A program made the position numbers and the translations under genes. The notes under the pieces were generated by a model. It was not told the origin of the DNA, did not search any database, and was given only the letters and a program-made list of their open reading frames with translations. A stretch of 64,000 nucleotides of DNA from Deltaproteobacteria bacterium (GTDB lineage: Bacteria; Myxococcota_A; UBA9160; SMWR01): contig JAQBGU010000188.1 in NCBI GenBank assembly GCA_032128375.1, positions 107,458 through 171,457 of the forward strand, written 5' to 3'. Position 1 is the first letter of the stretch. Each line of letters starts with the position of its first letter. Of the stretch, positions 43,901 to 53,525 are shown in pieces.

Positions 43901-45847
43901 CGGGGTGCGTGGGAGTGTGTCCGACACCATTTCGAGGAGCTCGAAATCGATCCCGAAGTGGACGTGTATCGCGTCGTCGGGATCGGCGACATGTCGGGTG
44001 ACGTTTTCGGAAATGGACTGCTGCTGATGCGGAACGCCATGCTCATCGCGGCGTTCGACCATCGTCATATCTTCATCGATCCCGATCCCGATCCGCAGGT
44101 TGCTTGGAAAGAGCGAAAGCGCCTCTTCGATCTACCGCGGTCGAGCTGGTCCGACTACGACGTCCAACTGATCTCCCGCGGCGGAGGTGTGTTCTCTCGT
44201 TCAGCGAAGCGCATCGAAGTGTCAACACAGGCACGCGAGAAGCTCGGACTCGATGCAGCGACCACGACCGGTCCCGATCTCGTGCGCGCGATCCTTTCCG
44301 CCCCGGTTGATCTGCTCTGGAATGGCGGCATCGGAACCTACGTCAAGGCCAGTTACGAAAGCCATTTCGAGGCCGGCGACCGTTCGAACGACGCCGTGCG
44401 GATCGACGCGAGAAGCCTCCGAGCGCGAGTCGTCGGCGAGGGAGGCAACCTGGGCTTGACGCAGGCGAGTCGCGTCGAAGCGGCCCTCGCAGGCATCCGG
44501 CTGGACTCCGATGCGATTCACAACTCGGCGGGCGTCGATCTTTCGGACCACGAAGTCAACTTCAAGATCCTGCTCGCCCCCCTCGTACAATCGGGTGCAC
44601 TGAGCGATGAAATGAGATCGGCTCGCCTGTTCGAGGTGGCCGACGCCGCTTGCGAGTCGGTGCTCTCGCACAATCGCGCGCAGTCCCTGGCGATTTCCCT
44701 CGACGAGGTGCGCTCGCGACGCGATCTCGAACCCTTCCGATGGGCAATCGAGATGCTGTGCGGCGCCCCGGACGCTTCGCCCGCGGAACTCCGCCTGCCG
44801 GACAAATCGACTCTCGAGCTTCGGCATGCTGCCGACCTCGGACTCACGCGACCGGAGATCGCGGTGTTACTCGGACTCGCAAAACTTGATTTGCGCCTCT
44901 CGCTGGCGACAGATCCCCTGGTCGATTCGCCGGGCCTGGAGTCCCTTTTCCGGGACTACTTTCCGCCCGCGCTTCGCGGCGCGTTCCCCGATGCACTGCC
45001 TGGACATCGTCTGCGTCGGCAGGTGACGGCTCTGGCGGTCGCCAATCGCATTGTCGACGCGGGAGGAGTCAGCGCGATTTCGAACCTGGTGGCGAGGCGG
45101 GGGATTGGGATCCCGACCGCCGCGGCGGCCTGGCTCACGGCAGACGAGATCCTGGATGGCGCTCGCCAGCGCCTGTCGCTACTCGCGTTGCGCGGACGCG
45201 TATCTTGCGACGCGATCTACGAGGCACTGTTGGTGCTCGATGAAGCCGTGCGTGACGTGGCTCGCTATCTGATCGCCGAGGACCTGACCGCTTTGTCCCG
45301 CGAGCGCGCGCAGGCCTGGCGTGAGGATCTGTTCAACCTGAGTGATCACTTAGCCGATTTCCTGTCGAGCGGCGAACGGGTGCGCTTCGCGAAACGCCTG
45401 GCAGGGCTGGTCGATGCCGGGATTCCAGCAGATCTTGCCGGGGTACTCGCCGGAGGGCCACTGGCAGACCGCGGTCTCAACATTATTCGACTCGTGGAGA
45501 GCACCGACCGGTCTCCACTGGAGCTGGCGGCCGCCTACGCCCGACTCGGCGATCAAAGTGGCATCAATCGAGTCTACCAGAGCTTGCCACTCGCGCGGTC
45601 CGCGGACGACTGGGATCGCATCCTGTTGATCGATCTGCGTACCGAAATCCTTTCGCTGCAACGCGACCTGACAGAGTCGGCGGTCGCGGGTCAGTCCGGT
45701 GATGCGCTCGCGGCGGTCGACGCTTTCCTACGCGAGCATGAAGCTGCTATTGAACGCGCGCGGGCGCTCGAACCCGGGGCACGCGCGGCACGTTCGGCAA
45801 GCGCGCTCGCCGTGGTGGCGCAGGCGCTGATGCGGTTGCGTGAATGA
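40985..45847 (+). CDS. Large NAD-specific glutamate dehydrogenase
   Basis: 1620 aa; ARGGLRWSDR, VPVGAKGGF, YLVVAADKGTA, GDAFASGGS and GIGDMSGDVFGNG. Start uncertain. Confidence 0.93.
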   Translation: MGDFERVRSASELLSRMRGAALASGDVEARIDRLLESGDSGARNAELEAGEIFGRFTRAFLKGAGERVFRTHTSEGLLTASRTAFAFAASRAAGEQLVRLSSPAELPGRSVIEILQDDRPFLVDTVRLFLRSYHLREQLLLHPTLPVTRNTQGVLDSVASIAEADVQRAILESFIYVEVFPRLDDARSQELTTRLREVMHWVANVTADHARMIQAVREIEANVEFAGHADGVTADRVAKICRFLDWLVEDHFVLMGVRHYDVRTVDGALTVAIRRDSGLGMWRDDHTSRFREVQRGADLPVGLLRAIEDPRIIQISKGWVESRIHRAGRLDRIFVKEHDEAGNISGFHTISGLFTFRALRTPSSQLPLLAERLEQILESERTPVGSHRHKALVTAFDSAPMEFLFGADVGHNATLVREIVEAEGAEEPSVVLQTDAGGRSFYAAIIMPRERYGEALRRGIRRLFELSPSVGYIDDRVSFLEEGTALIHFFCTLTSGDAPETERLEREVRRLASRWDDGLTDELIREYGPTEGGELAARYVDAFPEGLHMTTHPADALRDVVGLEALHRNGDAQIALFFERAQSKPETTMLRIYLHEARLLSDLLPIIDHFGIEVSDARLTHIAALDRPAASMHALHVLPLGGDQADLDGLVQRLGDALRAVLSGVVPSDMLNAMVLSAGLDWRQVDLLRSHIEYFNQIQVGLTRHFMCEAMLQNPLAARLLIAYHEARFAPGQTACVRDDREQELRVDFARYRDRVESLNEDRALGAIFELIHATLRTNFFATIDGTHRIAMKLDPSTLTDLLPPYPYREIFVHGPGFSGIHLRGGPVARGGLRWSDRLDDFRTEIIGLMRTQQLKNGLIVPVGAKGGFVLHTMGLTPQQARAEADAKYEIFISALLDVTDNVDAQGRVTSPPGVVCRDGDDPYLVVAADKGTAHLSDTANAIALRRAFWLGDAFASGGSVGYDHKKYAITARGAWECVRHHFEELEIDPEVDVYRVVGIGDMSGDVFGNGLLLMRNAMLIAAFDHRHIFIDPDPDPQVAWKERKRLFDLPRSSWSDYDVQLISRGGGVFSRSAKRIEVSTQAREKLGLDAATTTGPDLVRAILSAPVDLLWNGGIGTYVKASYESHFEAGDRSNDAVRIDARSLRARVVGEGGNLGLTQASRVEAALAGIRLDSDAIHNSAGVDLSDHEVNFKILLAPLVQSGALSDEMRSARLFEVADAACESVLSHNRAQSLAISLDEVRSRRDLEPFRWAIEMLCGAPDASPAELRLPDKSTLELRHAADLGLTRPEIAVLLGLAKLDLRLSLATDPLVDSPGLESLFRDYFPPALRGAFPDALPGHRLRRQVTALAVANRIVDAGGVSAISNLVARRGIGIPTAAAAWLTADEILDGARQRLSLLALRGRVSCDAIYEALLVLDEAVRDVARYLIAEDLTALSRERAQAWREDLFNLSDHLADFLSSGERVRFAKRLAGLVDAGIPADLAGVLAGGPLADRGLNIIRLVESTDRSPLELAAAYARLGDQSGINRVYQSLPLARSADDWDRILLIDLRTEILSLQRDLTESAVAGQSGDALAAVDAFLREHEAAIERARALEPGARAARSASALAVVAQALMRLRE

Positions 45848-46331
45848 AGGACGCAACTGTCGGAGCAGACGCACAACGCACGGCTGAACGGCTCACACCT
45901 CGTTGCCCAAAGACAGCCAGTTCTCCCAACTACGCGGCGGGACCACGCAGCATGATTGGCCGGCGCACAAGAAGCGGGGCAGCCGCTAAGGAGAGGTCGT
46001 CCGAACTGGGCGCGAATTCCAACTTGGCGGCGCGAAAGTCGCCGGGGGCGCGCGCCCAAGAAAGGTGAGTTGGCCGCGCTCTAATTGAAGGATGCATTTC
46101 TGCCCGCACTCCAGTTGGCTTTCGTTCTGGCCGTCGATCAGAGGTGCCTTCAGGGAGGTGTCGGTGAGCGCGAACCCCCCGGTCACCATCAGGTGCTTCG
46201 GAGTCGCACGGATCCAGGGACTGGTAACGGGCATGTCGGACATCGAATGGCATTCTCGTCATGGTGGCGAATCGCACGTCGGTCGATCCGTTGACCATGC
46301 TGAGCCGTCCGAACCTTTGGATGCGATGATC

Positions 46332-47153
46332 CTACTGTGGCTTCGCTGAGCAAAGCAGCGGGGCCGGATACTCCTTGGAAAGGCAGCCCTTCCACTCGGG
46401 CGGCCGCTTCTCGAGAAATGCGACGGTGCCCTCGCGCGCATCAGGGTGTCTGGTCGTCATCCGGAAGAGCTTCCCTTCGCGTTCACGCCATTGATCGAGA
46501 TCGATACCGATGCCTTCCCAGATCAGATGTTTGGCTATCGCCACGGGCAACGGGGCCGCATTCACGGCGATGTCGCGCGCGAGGTCCATCGCGGCCGGCA
46601 AGACCTCCGCGGTCGGAAATGCCTGTGTCGCTACACCATATGCAACGGCTTCGTCGCCGAGAAAGGTCCGCCCCGAGAGCAACAACTCCGATGCCCGCGA
46701 GAGACCGGCGAGACGCGGCAGGATCACGTGCGATGCCAGCTCGGGCAGCACACCGCGGCGAACGAAGGCGAAGGCGAGCTTCGCATCGGAAGCGACATAG
46801 CGGATGTCAGCTTGCAGAGGCCAAGTCAACCCTGCCCCCACCGCCGGACCGTTGATCGCCGCGATCACCGGCTTGCGTACCTCCATGGGCAGCATGCGAC
46901 GGTACTCGCGCTCGACACCGCCCCAACCCGCCGCGAAGCCTTTGCCCGTGCCGAGGTCCGCCCCGGCGCAGAAGGCCCGACCGGCGCCTGTGATCACCAC
47001 CACACGTACCGCGTCGTTGGCGTCGGCCTCCGCCATGGCATCGCCCATTTCGGCACCCATCTGCATCGTCATCGCGTTGAGCTTTTCCGGCCGGTTCAGT
47101 GTCACGAGCGCGATGCCATCGTTGACGTCGTAGAGGATCTGTTCGTAGTCCAT
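46332..47153 (-). CDS. Enoyl-CoA hydratase/isomerase
   Basis: TLNRPEKLNA, AFCAGADL and KPVIAAINGPAVGAG. Confidence 0.93.
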   Translation of the reverse strand: MDYEQILYDVNDGIALVTLNRPEKLNAMTMQMGAEMGDAMAEADANDAVRVVVITGAGRAFCAGADLGTGKGFAAGWGGVEREYRRMLPMEVRKPVIAAINGPAVGAGLTWPLQADIRYVASDAKLAFAFVRRGVLPELASHVILPRLAGLSRASELLLSGRTFLGDEAVAYGVATQAFPTAEVLPAAMDLARDIAVNAAPLPVAIAKHLIWEGIGIDLDQWREREGKLFRMTTRHPDAREGTVAFLEKRPPEWKGCLSKEYPAPLLCSAKPQ

Positions 47154-47189
47154 GATTAGCTCCTCGCGATTTTCGGGATCAACACAAGC

Positions 47190-48344
47190 TCATTCCGGCA
47201 TCAGCAACACGCGCTTTGCGATGATGTTGCGCTGGACCTCGCTGGTACCGCCCCAGATCGAGTCAGCCCGCGTGATCAGCCATCTTTTCGTTCGCGCGAT
47301 CTCGGTGGCCTCGAATCCCTCTCCGCTCCAACCCAGGCCTCGGTTACCGAGCATTTGCATCGCGATGTCCTGTTCGCGTTTGCCGAGCTCAGACCAGTAG
47401 AACTTGGACATCGAGGCGATCTGCCGGCCAGCCTGGCCGGCGCGGTTTTCCTCGGCGGCTCGCCGCATCGTCAGCGCGAAGGCCTGCGTGTCCAGTTCGT
47501 GTTGAGCGATGCGCTCGCGTAGCGCCGAATCTGCCAATTTGCCGTCACGCACGCCGAGCTGCTCGCGACCCAGATCGATCAAACCCTTTCGGCTCACTGC
47601 CGTGGCGCGGCCCTCCGGGTTGGCGACGCCCCGTTCGTGTTGCAGCAGATGCTTGGCCACCGTCCAACCGCCGTTGACTGGACCGATGACGTCGCGCGCC
47701 TTGGCGCGCGCGCCGTCGAAGAAGACCTGCGCGAAATGTTCGGAACCATCGATCAAGCGGATTGGAGAAACCTGTACACCCGATTGCTTCATCGGGAATA
47801 GAAGGAAGCTGATCCCATCGTGTTTGGGCGCGTCTGGGTCGGTGCGAACGAGGCAGAAAATCCAGTCGGCATGCGGCGCGCCGGTCGTCCAGATCTTCTG
47901 GCCGGTGACCACGTACTCATCACCCTCGAGTACCGCGCGGGTCTGAAGCCCTGCGAGATCTGACCCAGCGCCGGGTTCGCTGAAGCCCTGACACCAGATG
48001 ATCTCGTGCCGGGTGATTCTTGGAAGATGCTCTGCCTTCTGTTCATCGGTTCCGAGCGCAAGGATCGTCGGACCGAGCATGCTCAGACCGAAGCTACCCG
48101 GAGCAGGTACCCGGATGTCGCGCATTTCCTTGGCGAGCGCTGCCTGATGCTCGTGATCGAGCCCTCCCCCACCATATTCGGTGGGCCACCCAGGGGCCGC
48201 CCAGCCCTTGCTTCCGAGCGTACGAACCCATTCATCGAAGAGCGCGCGAGAGAGCCTGTCGCGGGATCCTACCCGGATCTCCTGCGGACAGTTCGCCTTC
48301 AGCCACTCGCGAACCTCGCTTCGGAACGATTCAACCGATCTCAT
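47190..48344 (-). CDS. Acyl-CoA dehydrogenase
   Basis: WCQGFSEPGAGSDLA, GQKIWT and GGTSEVQRNII. Confidence 0.94.
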   Translation of the reverse strand: MRSVESFRSEVREWLKANCPQEIRVGSRDRLSRALFDEWVRTLGSKGWAAPGWPTEYGGGGLDHEHQAALAKEMRDIRVPAPGSFGLSMLGPTILALGTDEQKAEHLPRITRHEIIWCQGFSEPGAGSDLAGLQTRAVLEGDEYVVTGQKIWTTGAPHADWIFCLVRTDPDAPKHDGISFLLFPMKQSGVQVSPIRLIDGSEHFAQVFFDGARAKARDVIGPVNGGWTVAKHLLQHERGVANPEGRATAVSRKGLIDLGREQLGVRDGKLADSALRERIAQHELDTQAFALTMRRAAEENRAGQAGRQIASMSKFYWSELGKREQDIAMQMLGNRGLGWSGEGFEATEIARTKRWLITRADSIWGGTSEVQRNIIAKRVLLMPE

Positions 48345-48524
48345 GCGAGACCTCCCGGGTCGACGCCCGCAGTCGCAGTCGGAGACAGTATCATATGGCC
48401 AGCGCTCACCGGACGACCACGAGCGATCCCACTTCGTTGTGATTTGTGATGAAGCTTGCCGCGATGAGCGGGTTTGCGCGCCCTCGTAGCAAGAACTTCA
48501 AAAAAGGTTGAGGGGAAGCAAAGA

Positions 48525-49664
48525 ATGGGACTGATCCTTTCCGATGACCAGTTGATGCTCCGGGAGACCGCGAGGAGCTTCCTCGACGAGAAATCGCCCG
48601 TCTCGCGGATGCGCGAGCTTCGTGACTCCCAGGATAGGACCGGCTTTTCTCGCGCACTATGGAAAGAAATGGCCGAAATGGGTTGGTCGGGAATCATTTT
48701 CCCCGAAGAATTCGGGGGCGCGGGCATGGCCTATGGAGAGTTAGGCGTGGTGCTCGAAGAGTGCGGACGTGTTCTGGTGCCGGAGCCATTCCTGTCCACA
48801 GTTCTACTCGGTGGCAACGCGATTCTACTCGGTGGAAGTGATGCTCTGAGCAAGGACCTGCTGCCGGGTGTATGCAGCGGTGATCGCATACTCGCCATGG
48901 CCTTCCAGGAGCAGGGACGCTTCAACCCCTACGCGATTTCGACTCGCGCACGGCGAGACGGAGACGGCTTCCGGATCGATGGCCAAAAGCAGTTTGTGCT
49001 CGATGCCCACGTCGCAGACCAGTTGATCCTGGTAACCCGAACGAATGGGGAGCCCGGAGACCGCGATGGACTCACGCTCCTCATCGTCGATGCCGGCGCT
49101 GATGGATTGACGGTTCGCCGCAATCACCTGATCGATGGTCGGAACGCCGCGGACCTCACCCTCGATGGTGTAAGAGTTGCCGGCGAGCGAGTCCTTGGAA
49201 AAATCGATGCCGGCGCCGATCTTCTCGACGCCGTATTCGACCGCGCGGCGATCGGCCTCTCGGCCGAGATGCTCGGTAGCTTTGACGAAACGTTCGAGAG
49301 GACTCTGTCGTACCTGAAGACTCGGGAACAATTCGGCGTAAAGATCGGCAGCTTCCAGGCGCTCCGCCACAGGGCGGCCGACATGTTCTGCGAGCTGGAA
49401 CTCGCACGATCCGTGGTGCGTGAAGCCCTCTGGGCGTTGGACGAAGGCCGTGACGATGTGCCGCAGATGGCCAGCGCTGCGAAGGCCCGCTGCTCGGACG
49501 TCGCGAGCCAGATCACCAAAGAAGCGATCCAGATGCACGGCGGCATAGGCATGACGGACGAGGAAGAGATCGGCCTCTTTTTCAAGCGCGCGAAGGCCGC
49601 CGAGATGACTCTCGGTGACGCGATTTATCACCGAGACCGATACGCGAGCCTTCGCGGCTTCTGA
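48525..49664 (+). CDS. Acyl-CoA dehydrogenase (partner-subunit type)
   Basis: PEEFGGAG, REQFGVKIGSFQAL.H and IQMHGGIG. Confidence 0.93.
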   Translation: MGLILSDDQLMLRETARSFLDEKSPVSRMRELRDSQDRTGFSRALWKEMAEMGWSGIIFPEEFGGAGMAYGELGVVLEECGRVLVPEPFLSTVLLGGNAILLGGSDALSKDLLPGVCSGDRILAMAFQEQGRFNPYAISTRARRDGDGFRIDGQKQFVLDAHVADQLILVTRTNGEPGDRDGLTLLIVDAGADGLTVRRNHLIDGRNAADLTLDGVRVAGERVLGKIDAGADLLDAVFDRAAIGLSAEMLGSFDETFERTLSYLKTREQFGVKIGSFQALRHRAADMFCELELARSVVREALWALDEGRDDVPQMASAAKARCSDVASQITKEAIQMHGGIGMTDEEEIGLFFKRAKAAEMTLGDAIYHRDRYASLRGF

Positions 49665-49871
49665 ACCGGCCTACCCTGCGTACTGTTTTCACCGGGTCGC
49701 CGGAATCAGCCCCCAATGCTCGAGAGTGTGGTTCCGCGAAGACCAGACTGAGGCGGTACTTCGAAACAATACACGCTTGGGCTTCTCACAGCGATCTACC
49801 CGATGATCAGGGTCTCAGGAATCCGCGGTTCCTCTGTGTGAAGGAGAAACATCTCTGGCATCCTGACTTTC

Positions 49872-52166
49872 ATGGCCGACCGATCCCTACGCGCGCGCGC
49901 GCAGCAGTGGCTGCTGACGATGCCAAACTCGTTGGTTTTCTGTTGTGCCGTGTTGGTCAGCGGCCTTGCAGGTGCAGTGTTATTCGCGCGCTTCCACAGC
50001 GGGCCCGCGGAGGGTCAGGTCTATTTTTCGGACATGCTCGACTACTACTACCCGATGACGGAGCGGGTGAGTGGCCGCCTCGCGGCGGGGCAGTGGCCGC
50101 TCTGGAACCCGTCGATCTGCGCTGGCATGCCGCTGCTCGCGACCATGCAGGTAGGAGCGCTCTACCCCGGAATCTGGCTCTCGGTGTGGCTCGGCCCGCA
50201 GCTTGGGATGTACTGGTTGCTCGCGATCGAGTGTGCCCTAGGCGCGGCCCTCGCCTGCTGGGCGTGTCGCGCCGGCGGCCGCGGTCCCGGAGCTTGCGCG
50301 CTCGGGGGACTCATCTTCGCATTCAGCTGCCTGGTCGGGGGCAGCTGGTATCCCTCGACCACGGCAACCCTGTGTTGGATGCCCGGGCTGATCGTGGGGA
50401 TCGAAAAACTCTCTCGACGCGCATGTCCAGGCGGTTGGAGCCTGCTCGCGCTGTTCACCGCTCTTCAGTGTCTCGGCGGCTTCCCGCAGTATCTCGCCTA
50501 CTCGTTCTGGTTCGCGGGCCCCTACGCGGCCGTGCGTCTGGGCTCGGAGTGGTTCCGAACCGGGCTTCGCGAGGGCCTACGTCCGACGCTTGTGTGCTCT
50601 GCGCTGATGCTGAGTGCCGTCGTTGTCGGCGTTGGTATCTCGGCGGCACAGTTACTGCCCGGCTTGGAGCTCGTCTCACAAAGCGCGCGCCTCGACGCCT
50701 TGTCGCCCGACGAGGTCGGCTACATCAAAGCGACCAGCCTGGGACAATTTTTCAAGAACGCGCTCAACCCGAGGCCAAAGCTGATCATTCCCGAAGGATT
50801 CGAAGGCGGCTACCTCGGCATAGCGACTCTCGCGTTGGCGGCGCTTGGTGCCGTTGCTCGTTGGCGTCGACCCGAGACATGGCTGTTGATTGTCGCCGGA
50901 GTCGTTTCGCTGATACTCTCCGGCGGCTACAACGCCGGCGGCCGCGAGCTCTACCAGGCTATTTCCACCATTCCGTTCATCGGTTCGTTTCGAACACCGG
51001 CGCGGCTCCGCTTCGTATGGTTCCTTTGCGTCCTCCTCCTTGCGAGCGACGGCTTCGCAGCCTTCGCCGATGGCTATCGCAGGTTGCGCGAGCAACACTT
51101 CACGGCAGTCTTTGCGTTCGCCGCAGCATCCGCCGTCCTCATCGCAGTAATCGCCTGGAACGCCGAGGGAGCACTGGAGCGCGCAGCCGCTTGCACACTT
51201 CTTCTGGCTGCAGCCTGGCGGCTCGCGAGTCGACGCGGCGCGCGAGCGGCCCTGCAGGTCGCCATGCTCGCACTGGTCTTCACCGACCTCTGGTTGGCAA
51301 TCAAGCCCCACGGAATGCTGCCGCTGCCCGACCAGTTGATCAGCGGCGCCTACCAGCTGAAATCGGGCCATCGGATCGACGATGCCAGCCTTGCCGAATT
51401 GAGACGCGTGGCGGAGAACTACCGCGTGGAGCTGACGGGGTTCATCCCCCACCTCGGCGTCGGCGCTGCGAACCGTCTACACAAGATCGCGTGCCTGGAG
51501 CCATTGATGCCGGCAGCTTGGCAGGGGCTGATGCACACCCTCAAACCCAACGCGGTGAAGGGCTTGGGTGGACGTCTAGGCCGCAATCGGTTCCCGACAC
51601 TTCACGAAGTAGCCAGCGTCCGATTCAGCATCGGGCAACGCCAGGGCCGCGAGACGAGGACGGATACGAACCCCGACGCGCTTCCCAGAGCCTACGTGGT
51701 CGAGCAGTTCGAGATCGTCGACCAACAGACTGCATTCGAGCGCATTCGCGACGGCGACTTCGACTTCTGGTCCGCGGTCATGCTCGAGCGGGCCCCCGAA
51801 GTACCCGGCTGGCGGACGCCGCTGAGCCCCGTGCGGGCCCGGCCTGCGACAATCGAGAACTACCAGGACGAATTCGTCGAGATTCGGGCGGCGACTCGAG
51901 AACACGCATTGCTCGTTCTCACCGATGGATTCTTCCCGGGATGGGTGGCCCGAATCGACGACGAGCCGACCAAGATCCTGCGCGCCAACGGCGTCTTCCG
52001 CGCCATTCATCTGGCGCCCGGCGATCACCGCATAACGTTCAGCTACGAGCCGCGGAGCTTCGCGTGGGGTCTGCGCATCAGCGCGGTTAGCTTCGCGTTG
52101 TGGGGCGGGGTTTGGCTCGGCTGGCCCGCTATCAATCGACGCCGAACCCAAGCGGCGGCCGCCTGA
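49872..52166 (+). CDS. YfhO-like membrane protein (GT-C fold)
   Basis: DYYYP, PLWNP..CAGMP, many TMs, C-terminal FPGWVARID...ANGVFRAI...GDHRITFSYEP. Confidence 0.82.
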   Translation: MADRSLRARAQQWLLTMPNSLVFCCAVLVSGLAGAVLFARFHSGPAEGQVYFSDMLDYYYPMTERVSGRLAAGQWPLWNPSICAGMPLLATMQVGALYPGIWLSVWLGPQLGMYWLLAIECALGAALACWACRAGGRGPGACALGGLIFAFSCLVGGSWYPSTTATLCWMPGLIVGIEKLSRRACPGGWSLLALFTALQCLGGFPQYLAYSFWFAGPYAAVRLGSEWFRTGLREGLRPTLVCSALMLSAVVVGVGISAAQLLPGLELVSQSARLDALSPDEVGYIKATSLGQFFKNALNPRPKLIIPEGFEGGYLGIATLALAALGAVARWRRPETWLLIVAGVVSLILSGGYNAGGRELYQAISTIPFIGSFRTPARLRFVWFLCVLLLASDGFAAFADGYRRLREQHFTAVFAFAAASAVLIAVIAWNAEGALERAAACTLLLAAAWRLASRRGARAALQVAMLALVFTDLWLAIKPHGMLPLPDQLISGAYQLKSGHRIDDASLAELRRVAENYRVELTGFIPHLGVGAANRLHKIACLEPLMPAAWQGLMHTLKPNAVKGLGGRLGRNRFPTLHEVASVRFSIGQRQGRETRTDTNPDALPRAYVVEQFEIVDQQTAFERIRDGDFDFWSAVMLERAPEVPGWRTPLSPVRARPATIENYQDEFVEIRAATREHALLVLTDGFFPGWVARIDDEPTKILRANGVFRAIHLAPGDHRITFSYEPRSFAWGLRISAVSFALWGGVWLGWPAINRRRTQAAAA

Positions 52167-52372
52167 GGCTTCTGCGCGTCTACGACGGCAGCTCTTCGCC
52201 ATCGCAGGCACGAAAGTACAGGCCTTCAGAAGTTTGCCTATGCGCTGTTCGTTGACCGCCGATCTCGGTTGCGAGTACCCCTTGTATTCAGCCAACTGGC
52301 ACGGTGTCTGGCTGGCGTTATTGATCGCGTCGAGTTTGCAGTTCGGCGACGAACGCCGACACCCCGCTTCGA

Positions 52373-53374
52373 TCAGCCCAATGGAATCGGGTAGAAAATT
52401 TCGAGGATCAGCCCCAGCACGAACAAGCCGCCGGCCATCCTCGTCAACGAGAACGCCCAGCCGGCGTACCACAGCGGCCAAATCGGGTAGCTGGGCGGCG
52501 CTTGCGCGGGAGGCGGTTGGTTGTAGATCTTCAGTACCTGCACCAGATGTGGAACTGCACCCCCGACCAGCAACGTCCAGACGCCGAGCGTTCCGACCCC
52601 TACGAGCGACACCACGAACACGAAGAACGTCACCATCAGATACTGGTTCAAGAACAGCGACTTCTCGGCACCCAGCAGCACCGGAAGGGTGTGAATACCC
52701 TTTTCGGAGTCAGCCTCGATCTTGTCGACGTGTTTTCCGATCAGGACGGCCGTGACCAACAGCGAGTAAGGAAGGCTCGCTACGACAACCCACGGCTCGA
52801 TCGTGCCGGTCGTCGCGAAAAATGTCGCGCCGATCATCAACGGCCCCCACACCAGCGCGACACCCAGCTCGCCCAACCCGCGGTGCTTGAGCTGGATCGG
52901 TCGTGCAATGTAGCCGGCGCCGACAAACATCCCTGCCAACGCAAACGCCGCGATCGGCCAGCCCTGGGCTTCGGTCAGATAAAACAGCATCCCGACGTCC
53001 AGCATACTGACGATCGCAATCGCCATGATGAGTCCCTGCTTCGAGATCAGCCCCGACAGGATCGGATGCGGGGCGCATTCCGCTCGAACATACTCGCCCT
53101 CGTCAACGCCCGACTCGAGATCGAAATAGTCGTTGATCATGTTGTTGGCGGCATGAGCGAGCAGCAGCCCGGCCAGCACGAGTGTGAAGTACCCCCAGTT
53201 TGCACTGGGGTGCCCAGCGGCGAGAAGACCACCGATCGCGCCCGACGTCAGTGTCAGCGGAAACACGCTCGCACGCGTGATGAGCAGCCACCTGGACACC
53301 GAATCCATGACCCGCTCTGAAGACAGGTTCTGAGTCCGGAGAATCTCTCCCCAGTTCTGAATTGCTGAAGCCAT
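52373..53374 (-). CDS. UbiA-family prenyltransferase, MenA-like
   Basis: NNMINDYFD, LKHRGLGE and DKIEAD.EKGIHTL motifs; ATG at 53374. Confidence 0.82.
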   Translation of the reverse strand: MASAIQNWGEILRTQNLSSERVMDSVSRWLLITRASVFPLTLTSGAIGGLLAAGHPSANWGYFTLVLAGLLLAHAANNMINDYFDLESGVDEGEYVRAECAPHPILSGLISKQGLIMAIAIVSMLDVGMLFYLTEAQGWPIAAFALAGMFVGAGYIARPIQLKHRGLGELGVALVWGPLMIGATFFATTGTIEPWVVVASLPYSLLVTAVLIGKHVDKIEADSEKGIHTLPVLLGAEKSLFLNQYLMVTFFVFVVSLVGVGTLGVWTLLVGGAVPHLVQVLKIYNQPPPAQAPPSYPIWPLWYAGWAFSLTRMAGGLFVLGLILEIFYPIPLG

Positions 53375-53525
53375 CGGACCCTCCGTTGCGCGTCCGTCGA
53401 ACGCGGCGCTGCGAGTGGGCGCCAGAGCCGAGCCTAGCAGTTGCGGTCCGGAAGCCATTGGCGAGCACTGTCCTGACACCGGCTCTGGCCGCCCCTGTGC
53501 TCTGGGCCAATCTTGAAAATTCGGA

